DNA of 25,951 nt, from NCBI GenBank assembly GCA_044345055.1, contig JBIJBT010000036.1, positions 1 through 25,951 of the forward strand. Reading direction: 5' to 3'. The notes under the pieces are model-generated. The model made no database searches and had not been told where the DNA came from. It saw only the letters and a program-made list of their open reading frames with translations. The stretch is from Bdellovibrionota bacterium (GTDB lineage Bacteria; Bdellovibrionota_C; UBA2361; OMIW01). The translations under genes and the position numbers were made by a program. Of the stretch, positions 7,772 through 17,483 are shown one piece after another. Every line of letters starts with the position of its first letter. Within the stretch, counting starts at the first letter, position 1.

Positions 7772-9595
7772 ATGACCCTTCGTTCAACTTTCGCGCGCCC
7801 CCTTTTACCCCTAATCCTATTCACAACTACGACCGGCTGTTCCCTTCTCACCGAGCCTCGCCCCCATAATCAAAGTAAAAAAACACTCGATCTGAGTGTT
7901 GAGAGAACTCGATCCGTAGCAATGGATCGGGATATCACCCGGACTTCTGAGGGGTATTATCAATTTCTTGTTGGTCAGCTTAAGTTCGATGGTGAAGATT
8001 TTCCAGGTGCAAAAACTAATCTTCAACTAGCCGATTCGCTCATCGGCGCTCCGACACCCGAGCTCAATGTTCGGCTTGCTGAGTTAGAGCTCAAAGAAGG
8101 GAATCTCGAGGCTGCACTCAAGGAGAGCACTAGAGCTCTCGAGGCAGAGCCTAATGAAGTCAAAACGCTACTTCTCCACGCTGGAATTTTAGATTCTCTC
8201 GAAAGAGGCGCCGAAGCTGTACCTTTTTACGAAAAAATTCTGGAGCAAGAACCCTCTTCCGTCGATGGCTATCTCATTTTATCGGGGCTGCACCTTAAAT
8301 TAAATCAACCGATGGAGGCTATCGCCGTTCTGAAGCGATATCTCGTGATAGAGCCAAACGATCCTCTCGTCCTATATTTTCTGGGGCGTGCTTATGAGGC
8401 CACCGATGACCTTGAGACTGCGGAGCAGACTATTCAGCGTGCGTACGAGCTGAACGGAGAAAACTTGGCTCTCGGGGTTGATTATGCCCGTATACTCGTT
8501 CGACGCTCAAAAACAAAGAATGCGAAAGATGTGTGCCGTCACATACTCGAGCGAGATCCACAAAACATTGTCGCCAGGAAAATTTTGGGCAGCCTTCTTA
8601 TAGGTGAAAATCATCTCGATGAAGCGCTCGAACAGCTAAGACTTCTGCAGGATATCGAGGAGGATCCAACTGAAACTAGATTTAAAATCGCCCTAATTAA
8701 TCTTCAACAACGACGATTTTCCGAAGCCGAACAAGGGCTTCAGCTACTTATTGCACAACAACCGAACCACGCTGCTGCTCGCTACTATCTTGCAACGATA
8801 CTCGCGAGCACCAATCGTATTCCACAAGCACTCGAGCAGATTGCGCAGATCCCTTTGACGAATGAGCTGTATGCGAAAGCAAACGCGTTTTCGAGTTTTA
8901 TCTGCAAAGAGGCGGGTAATCTCCCATGCGCTCTTGAATCAATCAAAAAAGCGTACGAATCGGATCAGGGACAATCTCCGCAAATATTCACCTTTTATAT
9001 TGCAATTCTCCGCGATGCAAAGCAGTTTGACGAAGCTCGCACTTTGCTCGAATCAGCCATTGAAAAACAGCCCGAAGCATACGATCTGCGCTACGATTAT
9101 GTGATGACTCTTCACGATCTTGGAGAGATTGAGGCGGCATATCAGGAGGCTCTGGCAATTATCGCCGCAAATCCTGAACACGCCGAAAGCCTGAATTTTG
9201 TGGCGTATATCATGGCAGAAAGGGAGGAAGATCTTGGAAAAGCAGAGGAGCTTATACGGCGCGCCATTCGCCTCCGTCCTCGCGAGGGTTACTTTCATGA
9301 TACACTCGGATGGGTGCTACTTAAACGGGGCCAAACGAAAGAATCGATAGCTGAGCTACGTCACGCTAGCGAGCTACTTCCGCGCGATTCCACGATCCTA
9401 GAACATCTCGCTGATGCTCAGGCAATTTCCGGAGATACTCGTGAAGCATCGACTACCTACGAACGCGCGATTGAGGCGTTAAGCGCCAGTATTCAAGAAA
9501 CTGGTGCTCAAGAGAGTGGCGCTCAAGAAAATAGTTTGGATCGATTACGGCTTGAACAAAAAAAAGATGCGCTAAGCGAAGTGCTACGCCCGTGA
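7772..9595 (+). CDS. Tetratricopeptide-repeat lipoprotein (PA4667/LbcA-like)
   Basis: From ATG 7772: signal peptide with lipobox-like TTGC, many TPR units, and C-terminal SLNFVAY / DTLGWV / ILEHLAD motifs typical of this family. Confidence 0.85.
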   Translation: MTLRSTFARPLLPLILFTTTTGCSLLTEPRPHNQSKKTLDLSVERTRSVAMDRDITRTSEGYYQFLVGQLKFDGEDFPGAKTNLQLADSLIGAPTPELNVRLAELELKEGNLEAALKESTRALEAEPNEVKTLLLHAGILDSLERGAEAVPFYEKILEQEPSSVDGYLILSGLHLKLNQPMEAIAVLKRYLVIEPNDPLVLYFLGRAYEATDDLETAEQTIQRAYELNGENLALGVDYARILVRRSKTKNAKDVCRHILERDPQNIVARKILGSLLIGENHLDEALEQLRLLQDIEEDPTETRFKIALINLQQRRFSEAEQGLQLLIAQQPNHAAARYYLATILASTNRIPQALEQIAQIPLTNELYAKANAFSSFICKEAGNLPCALESIKKAYESDQGQSPQIFTFYIAILRDAKQFDEARTLLESAIEKQPEAYDLRYDYVMTLHDLGEIEAAYQEALAIIAANPEHAESLNFVAYIMAEREEDLGKAEELIRRAIRLRPREGYFHDTLGWVLLKRGQTKESIAELRHASELLPRDSTILEHLADAQAISGDTREASTTYERAIEALSASIQETGAQESGAQENSLDRLRLEQKKDALSEVLRP

Positions 9596-9655
9596 AGATC
9601 TCCGACAATCGAAAAATCTAGTCAAAAAACTCCCCATTAAAATCTCATAACTAAC

Positions 9656-10474
9656 ATGAAAATAACACCTCGCTCACGCCCGAACCGCTCGCTCGCCACA
9701 GTTACATTATTGATGGCGTTCCCTCTTATAACCGGTTGTGCCGTACTTATTGGACCAGGAAAGCCCCCGATTGAGGGCTCTCTGATAAAGGGCAAGCGGC
9801 GTTCTGCTCTTGTCGAGCGGTTGACGGGTGAATCTCGACTCCCCGCTACAATAAAAGCACTGACGCGTGCAACTATTAAACAAAAAGATTCCACCGAATC
9901 ATTTCGCTATTCTGTCGTCTATGCAGATCCGAGCAGCATCCGATTTGATCTCTACCCCCTTAACCCAGGATTTACCCTTCAAAGGCTTACCGCTAAGGAT
10001 GGTTCAGCTACTCTGATCGATATGACGACCAATGAATCATTCTCAGGAGAAACAAAAGATACATTCAGCAAGTCATTTCTCCAGCTCGCTGCAACCGAGC
10101 AGGAGGTTGCAGCCCTACTGCTCGGACGAGTACCGCAGCCGTATCTTGCCGACACCTCTACCGCAATTTACGAGGGGTCCGCTGAGGTCGCTGTTGTAAG
10201 TAGTGGTGGAGATTTAACGTGGCGTATGAATGCAAAGAATCTCCAGATGCAAGAGCTTACTGTGAAAGAGCCAATCACAGGCCGATTAGTTGCAACAGCA
10301 AAATATAGCGAACCGGTTCCGTGCGGCTCAATGCAGCTTCCCGGACGTGTAGAGGTTACTATTGCCGCCGATGATTCAAGCTTAGTTTTTATCAATAACA
10401 AGCCTGATTGTAACTCCCCAATTCGGGCCGATATCTTTGATCTTAGAGTTCCGAAAAGATTGAGTGAAAAATAA
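9656..10474 (+). CDS. Putative lipoprotein, LolB/DUF4292-like
   Basis: Basic N-terminus, hydrophobic stretch, lipobox LITGC, beta-rich body (PSSIRFDLY, LLLGRVP, LPGRVEV, terminal IFDLRVP); directly downstream of the TPR gene. Confidence 0.6.
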   Translation: MKITPRSRPNRSLATVTLLMAFPLITGCAVLIGPGKPPIEGSLIKGKRRSALVERLTGESRLPATIKALTRATIKQKDSTESFRYSVVYADPSSIRFDLYPLNPGFTLQRLTAKDGSATLIDMTTNESFSGETKDTFSKSFLQLAATEQEVAALLLGRVPQPYLADTSTAIYEGSAEVAVVSSGGDLTWRMNAKNLQMQELTVKEPITGRLVATAKYSEPVPCGSMQLPGRVEVTIAADDSSLVFINNKPDCNSPIRADIFDLRVPKRLSEK

Positions 10475-10508
10475 TGGGCTTTATTGCTAGATCTTAAGCT
10501 CGGCCTTA

Positions 10509-11264
10509 CTACGGCTCGGCCTCCGCGGATGAATCCGCTAGAGCGGAGGTCGTTATCTTAAGGAAGAGTTCTTCGAGATTCGCTCCCTCGGCCCCCGATT
10601 GTTTCCTTATTTCATCTATCTTTCCGATTGCGAGAATTTTACCAGCTTCGATTATAGCTACCCGATCCGCTATTTCCTCGGCAACATGCAAAGAATGGGT
10701 TGAGAGAAGTATCGATGTTCCGCGCGCCCGATAAGCTTGCAGACGTTTTTTAAGCAATTTTGCCCCATAAGGGTCAAGACCCACCATCGGTTCATCAACT
10801 ATCAGTACAGCTGGCTCGTGGAGAAGCGCTGCCACCGTCGCAAGCCTCTGCTTCATTCCGTGAGACAGTGCATCGATCAGTACATTCTCTTTTTCGATAA
10901 GACCATATTCAGTGAGCAGTGAAGTTCCGCGGCTCTCAATCTCTGATCTTGCTACCCCGTACAGTTGACCGACAAAGTAAAGCAGCTCGCGAGGAGTCAA
11001 TTTTGGATACAGATAAGGGCGATCGGGGATATATCCTACAAGCGATTTCGCCTCAACGGGCGATCGATAAAGATCGTGTGAGCCGATCTGAATTGTTCCA
11101 CTCGAGGGGCGAAGAATCCCGGAGAGCATCCGAAGAGTCGTCGTTTTTCCTGCGCCATTTACCCCCAAAAAACCGAATATCTCACCCTTATTTACCGAAA
11201 AAGAGATATCAGATACCGCATGGAAATTTCCAAATGAGCGGCTCAGGTTGTGAACAGTGATCAT
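10509..11264 (-). CDS. ABC-2-type (multidrug-like) ABC transporter ATP-binding protein
   Basis: GVNGAGKTT, LSHGMKQR, IVDEPMVGLDP, LSTH. Start re-assigned to ATG 11264 (MITVHNLSRSFG). Confidence 0.92.
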   Translation of the reverse strand: MITVHNLSRSFGNFHAVSDISFSVNKGEIFGFLGVNGAGKTTTLRMLSGILRPSSGTIQIGSHDLYRSPVEAKSLVGYIPDRPYLYPKLTPRELLYFVGQLYGVARSEIESRGTSLLTEYGLIEKENVLIDALSHGMKQRLATVAALLHEPAVLIVDEPMVGLDPYGAKLLKKRLQAYRARGTSILLSTHSLHVAEEIADRVAIIEAGKILAIGKIDEIRKQSGAEGANLEELFLKITTSALADSSAEAEP

Positions 11265-11387
11265 GGAGCGGAAGAAATAACAAGAGAATACCGTATACTT
11301 AAAAGAGGGCCCTGTCTTCTCAAACATTCGCCCCCCGCAACTAAAGATGCCTCCACCCGATATAACGATGCTCTCGAATTCAAGACA

Positions 11388-12569
11388 TCAATCAGCCGAA
11401 ACAGCAAGCGCAACTGCGTTGCCTCCACCCAAACACAACGAAGCAATCCCCTTTCCACCACCCCTCTTACGTAACGCATGGATGAGAGTCACCAAAACTC
11501 GAGCTCCACTTGCACCAATCGGATGTCCGAGCGCCACCGCACCCCCATTGACATTTAATTGACTGCGATGCCACCCAACCTCCTGCTCGTTCGCGAGCAC
11601 TTGAGCTGAAAAGGCTTCATTTATCTCAAAAAGATCCACATTTTGCGGCGATTCGGCCCCAATACTCCGCAAAATTCGTTGAATCGCAACCGCCGGCGCA
11701 AAGAAAACTTCCCTCGGCTCAACGCCACTCGTCGCCATCGCAGAGATCGTTGCCAGTGGCACTAACCCATGCTCGCGTGCCCGCTCTTCACTCATCAGCA
11801 CCAAGGCTGCTGCCCCATCACTTAAAGGGGACGCATTACCAGCAGTTACCGTTCCATCACCGGAAAACGCAGGTTTCAACCGCGCGAGCGACTCCGCCGT
11901 CGAATCGCTCCGCGGTCCCTCATCAACATCAATCACTTCAACCACTGCGCCCCGTTTATCAACCCGTTCTATTGGCACTATTTCGCCACGCAAAACGTCC
12001 CGAGCTGCAACGGCTTTCGCATGTGACTCAGCTGCAAATGCGTCTTGCATTTCACGCGTAATTCCAGCTTTTGCCGCCGTATAATCAGCAAAAGAACCCA
12101 TATGACTATTGTTAAACGAATCCCAGAGCCCATCGTGAATCAATGCATCGAGCATCCGCTGTTCACCAAACTTAACCCCCTTTCGCACCCCTTGAACCAG
12201 ATATGGCGCCATACTCATCGATTCCATGCCGCCTGCAACCACTATCTCTGCACTCCCTGTAGCAATAGCTTGATGCGCCAGCATAACGGCTTTCAAACCA
12301 GAGCCACACACTTTATTTATCGTCAATGCAGCGACTGAGGGTGGCAACCCCGCCTTTAATGCAGCCTGTCGAGCTGGTGCTTGCCCCATCCCTGCACTCA
12401 CGACATTTCCAATAATCACCTCATCAACAGCTGCTGGATCAACCCCTCCTCGCACGAGCGACTCCCGAATCGCTAGCGCCCCTAAGGTCGGCGCAGAAAA
12501 ATCGCTGAGCGAACCCAAAAATTTTCCGATTGGAGTACGAACAGCAGAGACGATAACAGTGCGCTTCAT
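11388..12569 (-). CDS. atoB: Acetyl-CoA C-acetyltransferase (thiolase)
   Basis: [36 protein letters not shown]. Confidence 0.95.
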   Translation of the reverse strand: MKRTVIVSAVRTPIGKFLGSLSDFSAPTLGALAIRESLVRGGVDPAAVDEVIIGNVVSAGMGQAPARQAALKAGLPPSVAALTINKVCGSGLKAVMLAHQAIATGSAEIVVAGGMESMSMAPYLVQGVRKGVKFGEQRMLDALIHDGLWDSFNNSHMGSFADYTAAKAGITREMQDAFAAESHAKAVAARDVLRGEIVPIERVDKRGAVVEVIDVDEGPRSDSTAESLARLKPAFSGDGTVTAGNASPLSDGAAALVLMSEERAREHGLVPLATISAMATSGVEPREVFFAPAVAIQRILRSIGAESPQNVDLFEINEAFSAQVLANEQEVGWHRSQLNVNGGAVALGHPIGASGARVLVTLIHALRKRGGGKGIASLCLGGGNAVALAVSAD

Positions 12570-12713
12570 GAGAAAACCCCTTGAGTAACAGATGCGGTTT
12601 ATTGGGCTGAGCAGTTAAGTTAAGGCTGCTCGATGAATCGGCGAAACTGCGACGAAGAAGAGGAATTACAACCAAATATAACGAATCGGAGAAGCGCTCG
12701 GTCCCTATAATTT

Positions 12714-12751
12714 TGTTGAAAAAATGGCTCTATCGCAACCATTTCTCAACA
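12714..12751 (-). other. ~15-bp stem-loop just downstream of trmB
   Basis: Minus strand TGTTGAGAAATGGTT-gcgatag-AGCCATTTTTTCAACA; pairing includes two G-U and one bulge. No downstream U-tract. Confidence 0.6.
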
Positions 12752-12760
12752 CACTACTAA

Positions 12761-13456
12761 CTATCCAACCCGCTCAAAAAGTGCGTACTGAATCGGAATG
12801 CCTTTCGAGCGAAAGAGGCACTCAAACTCAGTAGGAATACTCTCTGCCCCCCACGGCGATTCCGCAAGATTTGTCGTTAGCCGAGATTCGGTAATGAGTG
12901 GACATGCTCGCATCACCTCGACCGCGCTCGAGAAATAATCTGGATGATCGGTCTTGTATGACAGAACACCACCGACCTTGAGCAATCGCCCCATCGAATC
13001 AACAAATTCTGGCTGAATTAGTCGATTTTTGAGCCATCGACGTTTATCCCATGGATCTGGGAAATTTATATAAATTGCATCAATCGAGCTCTCTTCACAT
13101 AAGATCGGAAGATGCCGGGCGTCTGCTCGTAACACAATAAGATTGGAAAATCCCCGATTACGGGCCTTCTCAATCGTCCGATATGCCCGCTTATAGCGCA
13201 ACTCCATACCGACATGAAGTTCCTCGGGGGAACGCTCTGCAAGGGTAATGAGGTGCCGTCCCGACCCGGAACCAAGCTCAAAGATTACCCTCGGGAATTG
13301 TCTTAAATGATCCCGCACCGCAGCGATATCATCCTCGGTGGGATGACCCGCTGTATTGACAATAATGCCATCCGACGCTGCCTCGACAAGCGAACGAAAT
13401 GGGTTTACCGAATCGATTTCGGCAATTTCAGCCGAGGGATTTATCTTGGAGCTCAT
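12761..13456 (-). CDS. trmB: tRNA (guanine-N7)-methyltransferase
   Basis: ELGSGSG, GMELR, INFPDPW, KTD, TEFE motifs. Confidence 0.93.
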   Translation of the reverse strand: MSSKINPSAEIAEIDSVNPFRSLVEAASDGIIVNTAGHPTEDDIAAVRDHLRQFPRVIFELGSGSGRHLITLAERSPEELHVGMELRYKRAYRTIEKARNRGFSNLIVLRADARHLPILCEESSIDAIYINFPDPWDKRRWLKNRLIQPEFVDSMGRLLKVGGVLSYKTDHPDYFSSAVEVMRACPLITESRLTTNLAESPWGAESIPTEFECLFRSKGIPIQYALFERVG

Positions 13457-13496
13457 AGGTCGGAGTTAAAATAGGTTATCCGCTTGCTGATTTTCG

Positions 13497-13526
13497 ATAA
13501 AACGGGGCGTAAATAAAATGGGGCGT
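13497..13526. repeat. 14-bp direct repeat ATAAAAYGGGGCGT x2 in the divergent trmB/anmK intergenic region
   Basis: Copies at 13497-13510 and 13513-13526, one mismatch. Confidence 0.8.
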
Positions 13527-13734
13527 CACAGTTCACTCTTAGAATATCTCATAAAGGCTGCGATGCTATCGGGAAAACCCTTTGGAACCAATAATTGCGG
13601 CGCTAGTTCCTAACTGATATCTTTTTTAAATCGCGGAGTTCAGATAGAAATGCAGCGATTTTACTATCTCTCATCAGCAGCAGTCAAAAACAGGCTGAAC
13701 AGGCACCTTAATTTTTACCCTCCCCCCAAACATC

Positions 13735-14922
13735 ATGCTCACGCCGCATTACCTCACCTCACTCTCCGAACTCGCAAATCGCTCCTCCCTGGTAGTTGCC
13801 GGGGTGATGTCGGGAACCAGTGTTGATTCCGTTGATGTCGGTATTTGTCGGATCGAGGACGCACCCTCTCCCGCACCCTCTACAGCACAATCTCGTGCAA
13901 AAGTTACACTTGAGGGATTTTATCGGCATCCGTATCCTTTGCCACTTCGTTCTCGGGTGCTCAAAAGTCGAGACCTAAATGTTCAGGATGTTGCCGAGCT
14001 TAATGTCCTAATCGGACAGCTATTTGCCGAGGCGATCGAGGCTGCGCGATTAGAGTGGGGAGGCGAAACAATCGATCTTATCGGATCGCACGGACAAACT
14101 ATTTATCATCACAGCGGGATCGCCGATAAAATTCCCGCAACTCTTCAGATCGGATGCGGCGATATTATTGCCTCGAAAACGGGCATTTTTACTATCTTTA
14201 ATTTTCGCGCTAAAGATGTTGCCGTCGGAGGTGAGGGAGCCCCTCTTGTTCCGTATGCCGATGAGCAGCTATTTTGGGGTGACGGCTGCCGCGCCGTAGT
14301 AAATCTTGGAGGCATTGCGAATATCACCCTTCTTGGTTTACCCGAGGGAAAAGTTCTCGGTTTTGATACCGGTCCAGCAAATGCACCACTTGATCGAATC
14401 GCTCGCAAAATAACACAGGGCGTTTCAGAGCTTGATTACAATGGCCTCCTCGCAACTCAGGGATCAATAAATGTGCAGCTACTTTCCGAACTACTAGCAG
14501 ATCCATACTTAGCGCGAATGCCCCCAAAATCAACTGGCCCAGAGATGTATGGTGATGAATTTGTCGAGGGTGTGATTCGCAGATTTGGTCGGGTTGACAA
14601 CGATCTTATTGCGACGATGACCGAATTTGTGGCGATATCAGTTGCGGAGGCGATTATTCGATTTTCGCCCGAATCGGTGACGCAGGTGGTCGTTGCTGGT
14701 GGCGGTGCTAACAATCCTTTCCTGATGAATCGTATGCAGGTGCATCTTGGTTCCATACCCGTATTGCGGTCCGACGAATGCGGCGTACCCGCTTATGCAA
14801 GAGAAGTTATGGCATTTGCCCTTCTTGCGTACGATGCGCTCCGGGGACGAGCAACATCAAAGCCCTCGGTAACAGGAGGATCTCGTCCCGTTCGGTTAGG
14901 ATGCTTTGCATTTCCTGATTAG
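13735..14922 (+). CDS. anmK: Anhydro-N-acetylmuramic acid kinase
   Basis: GVMSGTSVD, GSHGQT, TLQIG, GGEGAPLVP, NLGGIANIT, FDTGPAN, PPKSTG, GGGANN. Confidence 0.96.
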   Translation: MLTPHYLTSLSELANRSSLVVAGVMSGTSVDSVDVGICRIEDAPSPAPSTAQSRAKVTLEGFYRHPYPLPLRSRVLKSRDLNVQDVAELNVLIGQLFAEAIEAARLEWGGETIDLIGSHGQTIYHHSGIADKIPATLQIGCGDIIASKTGIFTIFNFRAKDVAVGGEGAPLVPYADEQLFWGDGCRAVVNLGGIANITLLGLPEGKVLGFDTGPANAPLDRIARKITQGVSELDYNGLLATQGSINVQLLSELLADPYLARMPPKSTGPEMYGDEFVEGVIRRFGRVDNDLIATMTEFVAISVAEAIIRFSPESVTQVVVAGGGANNPFLMNRMQVHLGSIPVLRSDECGVPAYAREVMAFALLAYDALRGRATSKPSVTGGSRPVRLGCFAFPD

Positions 14923-15022
14923 TGCGCTGAGATGCTCACAAAAAACTCACAAATGCACCTCTTGCCCAACTTCGTCCTCCACAGTAATTCGAGAGAAGTT
15001 ATCCACTTTTCTCGGAGGCACC

Positions 15023-15358
15023 ATGTTTCAGCCAATTACATCGTCACCCGACCCATTTCAGCAGCCCAACATCAACAGCTCCCCATCTCTCAATCAATCT
15101 CTCTCCAAATATATTGTGAGCGTCGAAAGTAGCGGAGACGACGACCGCGCAGCTGCAGTAAACACTATCATAGAAAACATTAGACAACTTGTTCATGATA
15201 AGGGTCTGGAACACGAACTTGACTTTGATTCTGTTGAGGGGTTACACGAGTTAGGGATTATTACTCTTCGCTGTTCATCACGGCTAAGAGAACACATTGA
15301 AGAGATCCCGGGCGTATCGCGAATCGACAACGATTCTGAAGTTTTCGCCTTTTTTTAG
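15023..15358 (+). CDS. Small protein resembling a peptidase inhibitor I9 (subtilisin propeptide-like) domain
   Basis: GGAGG SD before ATG 15023; KYIVSV near the start of the domain and IPGVSRIDNDSEV at its end, as in I9 domains. Confidence 0.55.
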   Translation: MFQPITSSPDPFQQPNINSSPSLNQSLSKYIVSVESSGDDDRAAAVNTIIENIRQLVHDKGLEHELDFDSVEGLHELGIITLRCSSRLREHIEEIPGVSRIDNDSEVFAFF

Positions 15359-15506
15359 AGTCGAAAAAATCTAGTTTTGAAGCGCTTGATTTGTTCAGGT
15401 CGTAAATTTTGATTTGGCCATATTGCTGGGTCTGGTATCATGAGGGGAGGATTAGGAGTGTTCTCACCTATCCTCTCCAAATAACTCATAAACTAGACAC
15501 AACCCT

Positions 15507-16121
15507 ATGGATCCAACGGTCACCGTTCCCTCTGTGCTTCTGGCGGCGCTTGCCCTTTTTCTGATCGGGTGGCTTTTACTAGTTACTTTTCGCGCTCTTG
15601 GGGGGGCGTTTTTTGGGGGATTACCGTTTCGGCTCTGGTTAAGTCTTAAAAAACGGGATCGCCGACTCGAGACGGCTGATAACCTCATAGAGCAGCAACA
15701 ATTCGCAGAGGCCCTCTCGTTTCTTCGCAAAAGCCTAATCCTCTCCCCGCGAAACCTTACCCCCTCTTCGCTAGAAGCAGTTGTTGCTCACCACCTCGGC
15801 GTCCTCTCTCGATTCGGAACAATCGCCGATAGCCGTGGAATACAATCAGATATTTTGCCCCTGGTAGAGGGGCTGCTCACCTCCCGCCTCGAGCTATGGC
15901 GCGCAAAAATCGAAGCAAAGCAATCAGCAAAGAAGGTTCAAACTAAAATGGAGGCTCAGGGCGAGGAGCGTCCGTGGGTAACAGAAGAATTTCAGCGCCG
16001 CAACGAAGATATAGCCGGACGGCTCGCCGCAAATCGGCAAGCATTAGAGCAACAGCTCGAGGAGTTATGTCAGGAACTTTTGTCTGAGCCACGAGCACCG
16101 ATTAGTTATCCGTTTCATTGA
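15507..16121 (+). CDS. Hypothetical membrane-anchored helical/coiled-coil protein
   Basis: N-terminal TM helix, one TPR-like helix pair (ADNLIEQQQFAEALSFLRKSL) and a heptad-rich C-terminus. Confidence 0.7.
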   Translation: MDPTVTVPSVLLAALALFLIGWLLLVTFRALGGAFFGGLPFRLWLSLKKRDRRLETADNLIEQQQFAEALSFLRKSLILSPRNLTPSSLEAVVAHHLGVLSRFGTIADSRGIQSDILPLVEGLLTSRLELWRAKIEAKQSAKKVQTKMEAQGEERPWVTEEFQRRNEDIAGRLAANRQALEQQLEELCQELLSEPRAPISYPFH

Positions 16122-16189
16122 GCGGGGGGGCTTTTTTTTAAATGGGGGTTTTTGTATAGTCGGGGCGTCCATTCTCGGAGAAAGGTTTT

Positions 16190-16378
16190 TTGGAACTCGA
16201 ACAACTGGTCGAAGACCTAGAGAAGGCTGCCGCCTTTGAAAAGAGGTGGGGCTACCTTATTGAAGATGCGGAGAAAATCCGCAAACGCGCGATGTATTTT
16301 CCCTGGCCCTTTCGTTTATACTTCCTCTTTAGGGCGGATACCCTAGAGGAGGAGTACCAAAAAAAGGCGAGAGAATAG
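16190..16378 (+). CDS. Hypothetical small protein (62 aa)
   Basis: TTG start after GGAGAAAGG; protein-like helical composition; fills an otherwise empty gap. Confidence 0.5.
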   Translation: MELEQLVEDLEKAAAFEKRWGYLIEDAEKIRKRAMYFPWPFRLYFLFRADTLEEEYQKKARE

Positions 16379-16442
16379 CATCTCTGAGCCGGTTTTACCC
16401 CAAGAGCAGTCGGAGAAATCTTCTTCGATTGCTCTTTTCCTA

Positions 16443-17117
16443 TCACCCCACCCCAAATAATCCCTCAACTCGTCGTTCATGATGAAGCTGTGTGCCATCC
16501 CAACTGAGTATCTCGCGTCCTGAATCACTCTCAAACAAAAAAACCTCTCCGGGCTCGAGCTGCACCACCGCGATGGTGATTATCTTTGTTCGTTGTTGCA
16601 TCTCTCGCTCCCACCGTTGAGTGGCGAGACCGCCGACTCGGCTTGCGGGAACAGTAAATGTGCCCCCCATCACCCGCCTTCCGAGACGTTCTTCTCCGCC
16701 AACTCGATCGGGCGAACTCACGATCGAATTACTCCCCGACCAAAAAAGTAGACACGCACTCGAGCTGTCCTCCTCATCGGTGATGATCGGTGTGCCATCA
16801 GAGCGAACTTTTAATCCAAAAGCGCCCGGAGCAAGAATTCCATACCGCCGCACCAACTGAGCAACCAATCCTCGCCGACGCTCAATCTCTACCCGCGAAG
16901 CCGAATCACTTCGGACCGCTTCAACTGCGTCATCTCGCGACGCACCCTGATAAAGCAACCCTCCAGCGATATCGCGAGCAACAAACCATTCATGCTCAAG
17001 TCGTGGGTCCCCCTTTACCGCCAACTCCCGAATCGTCGGGCCCCGCAGCACCGGAGGAAGACGAAACGCTCCCCCCTCAATATGAAGCCAATTCTCACCA
17101 AACGTCCGATGTTGCAT
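16443..17117 (-). CDS. Hypothetical protein (224 aa)
   Basis: Longest ORF in the interval, GGAG upstream of the ATG; no motif recognised. Confidence 0.6.
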   Translation of the reverse strand: MQHRTFGENWLHIEGGAFRLPPVLRGPTIRELAVKGDPRLEHEWFVARDIAGGLLYQGASRDDAVEAVRSDSASRVEIERRRGLVAQLVRRYGILAPGAFGLKVRSDGTPIITDEEDSSSACLLFWSGSNSIVSSPDRVGGEERLGRRVMGGTFTVPASRVGGLATQRWEREMQQRTKIITIAVVQLEPGEVFLFESDSGREILSWDGTQLHHERRVEGLFGVG

Positions 17118-17483
17118 CTCATCTCCACTGTGATCATTTATATGACTGTGATCTTCTGTATGCTCTTTCCTGTGCTCTTTTTGCTCTCACGTAACTAGTG
17201 CGCTGATCCCGCCGCAGATTTAACCTGCACCACTCGAAACAAAGTTATGACCACCCCTATCTTCCTCAGGAATCTCGCACAGTTGAGTATAAACAACAAG
17301 CAATCGATTCACGAAAGATAGCGCAAGGCTGAAACCACATCCACCCTCACTCTAACCGCTCGTCCATTTCTTTCAAATAACGTAGACTCTTGACCAGCAC
17401 CAGCGAAGGCTCTACAACTGCCAACTTTTCGCCTGCTCATTAGATTGATATTACCACCTAACTTGTCATCAGGATCAGTAGCT

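Noticed and set aside
14920..17206. TAGTGCGCTGA at 14920 and 17196, and AAAATCTAGT after stops near 9613 and 15366
   Set aside because: Isolated 10-11-bp matches are expected by chance in 26 kb; no shared flanking structure.
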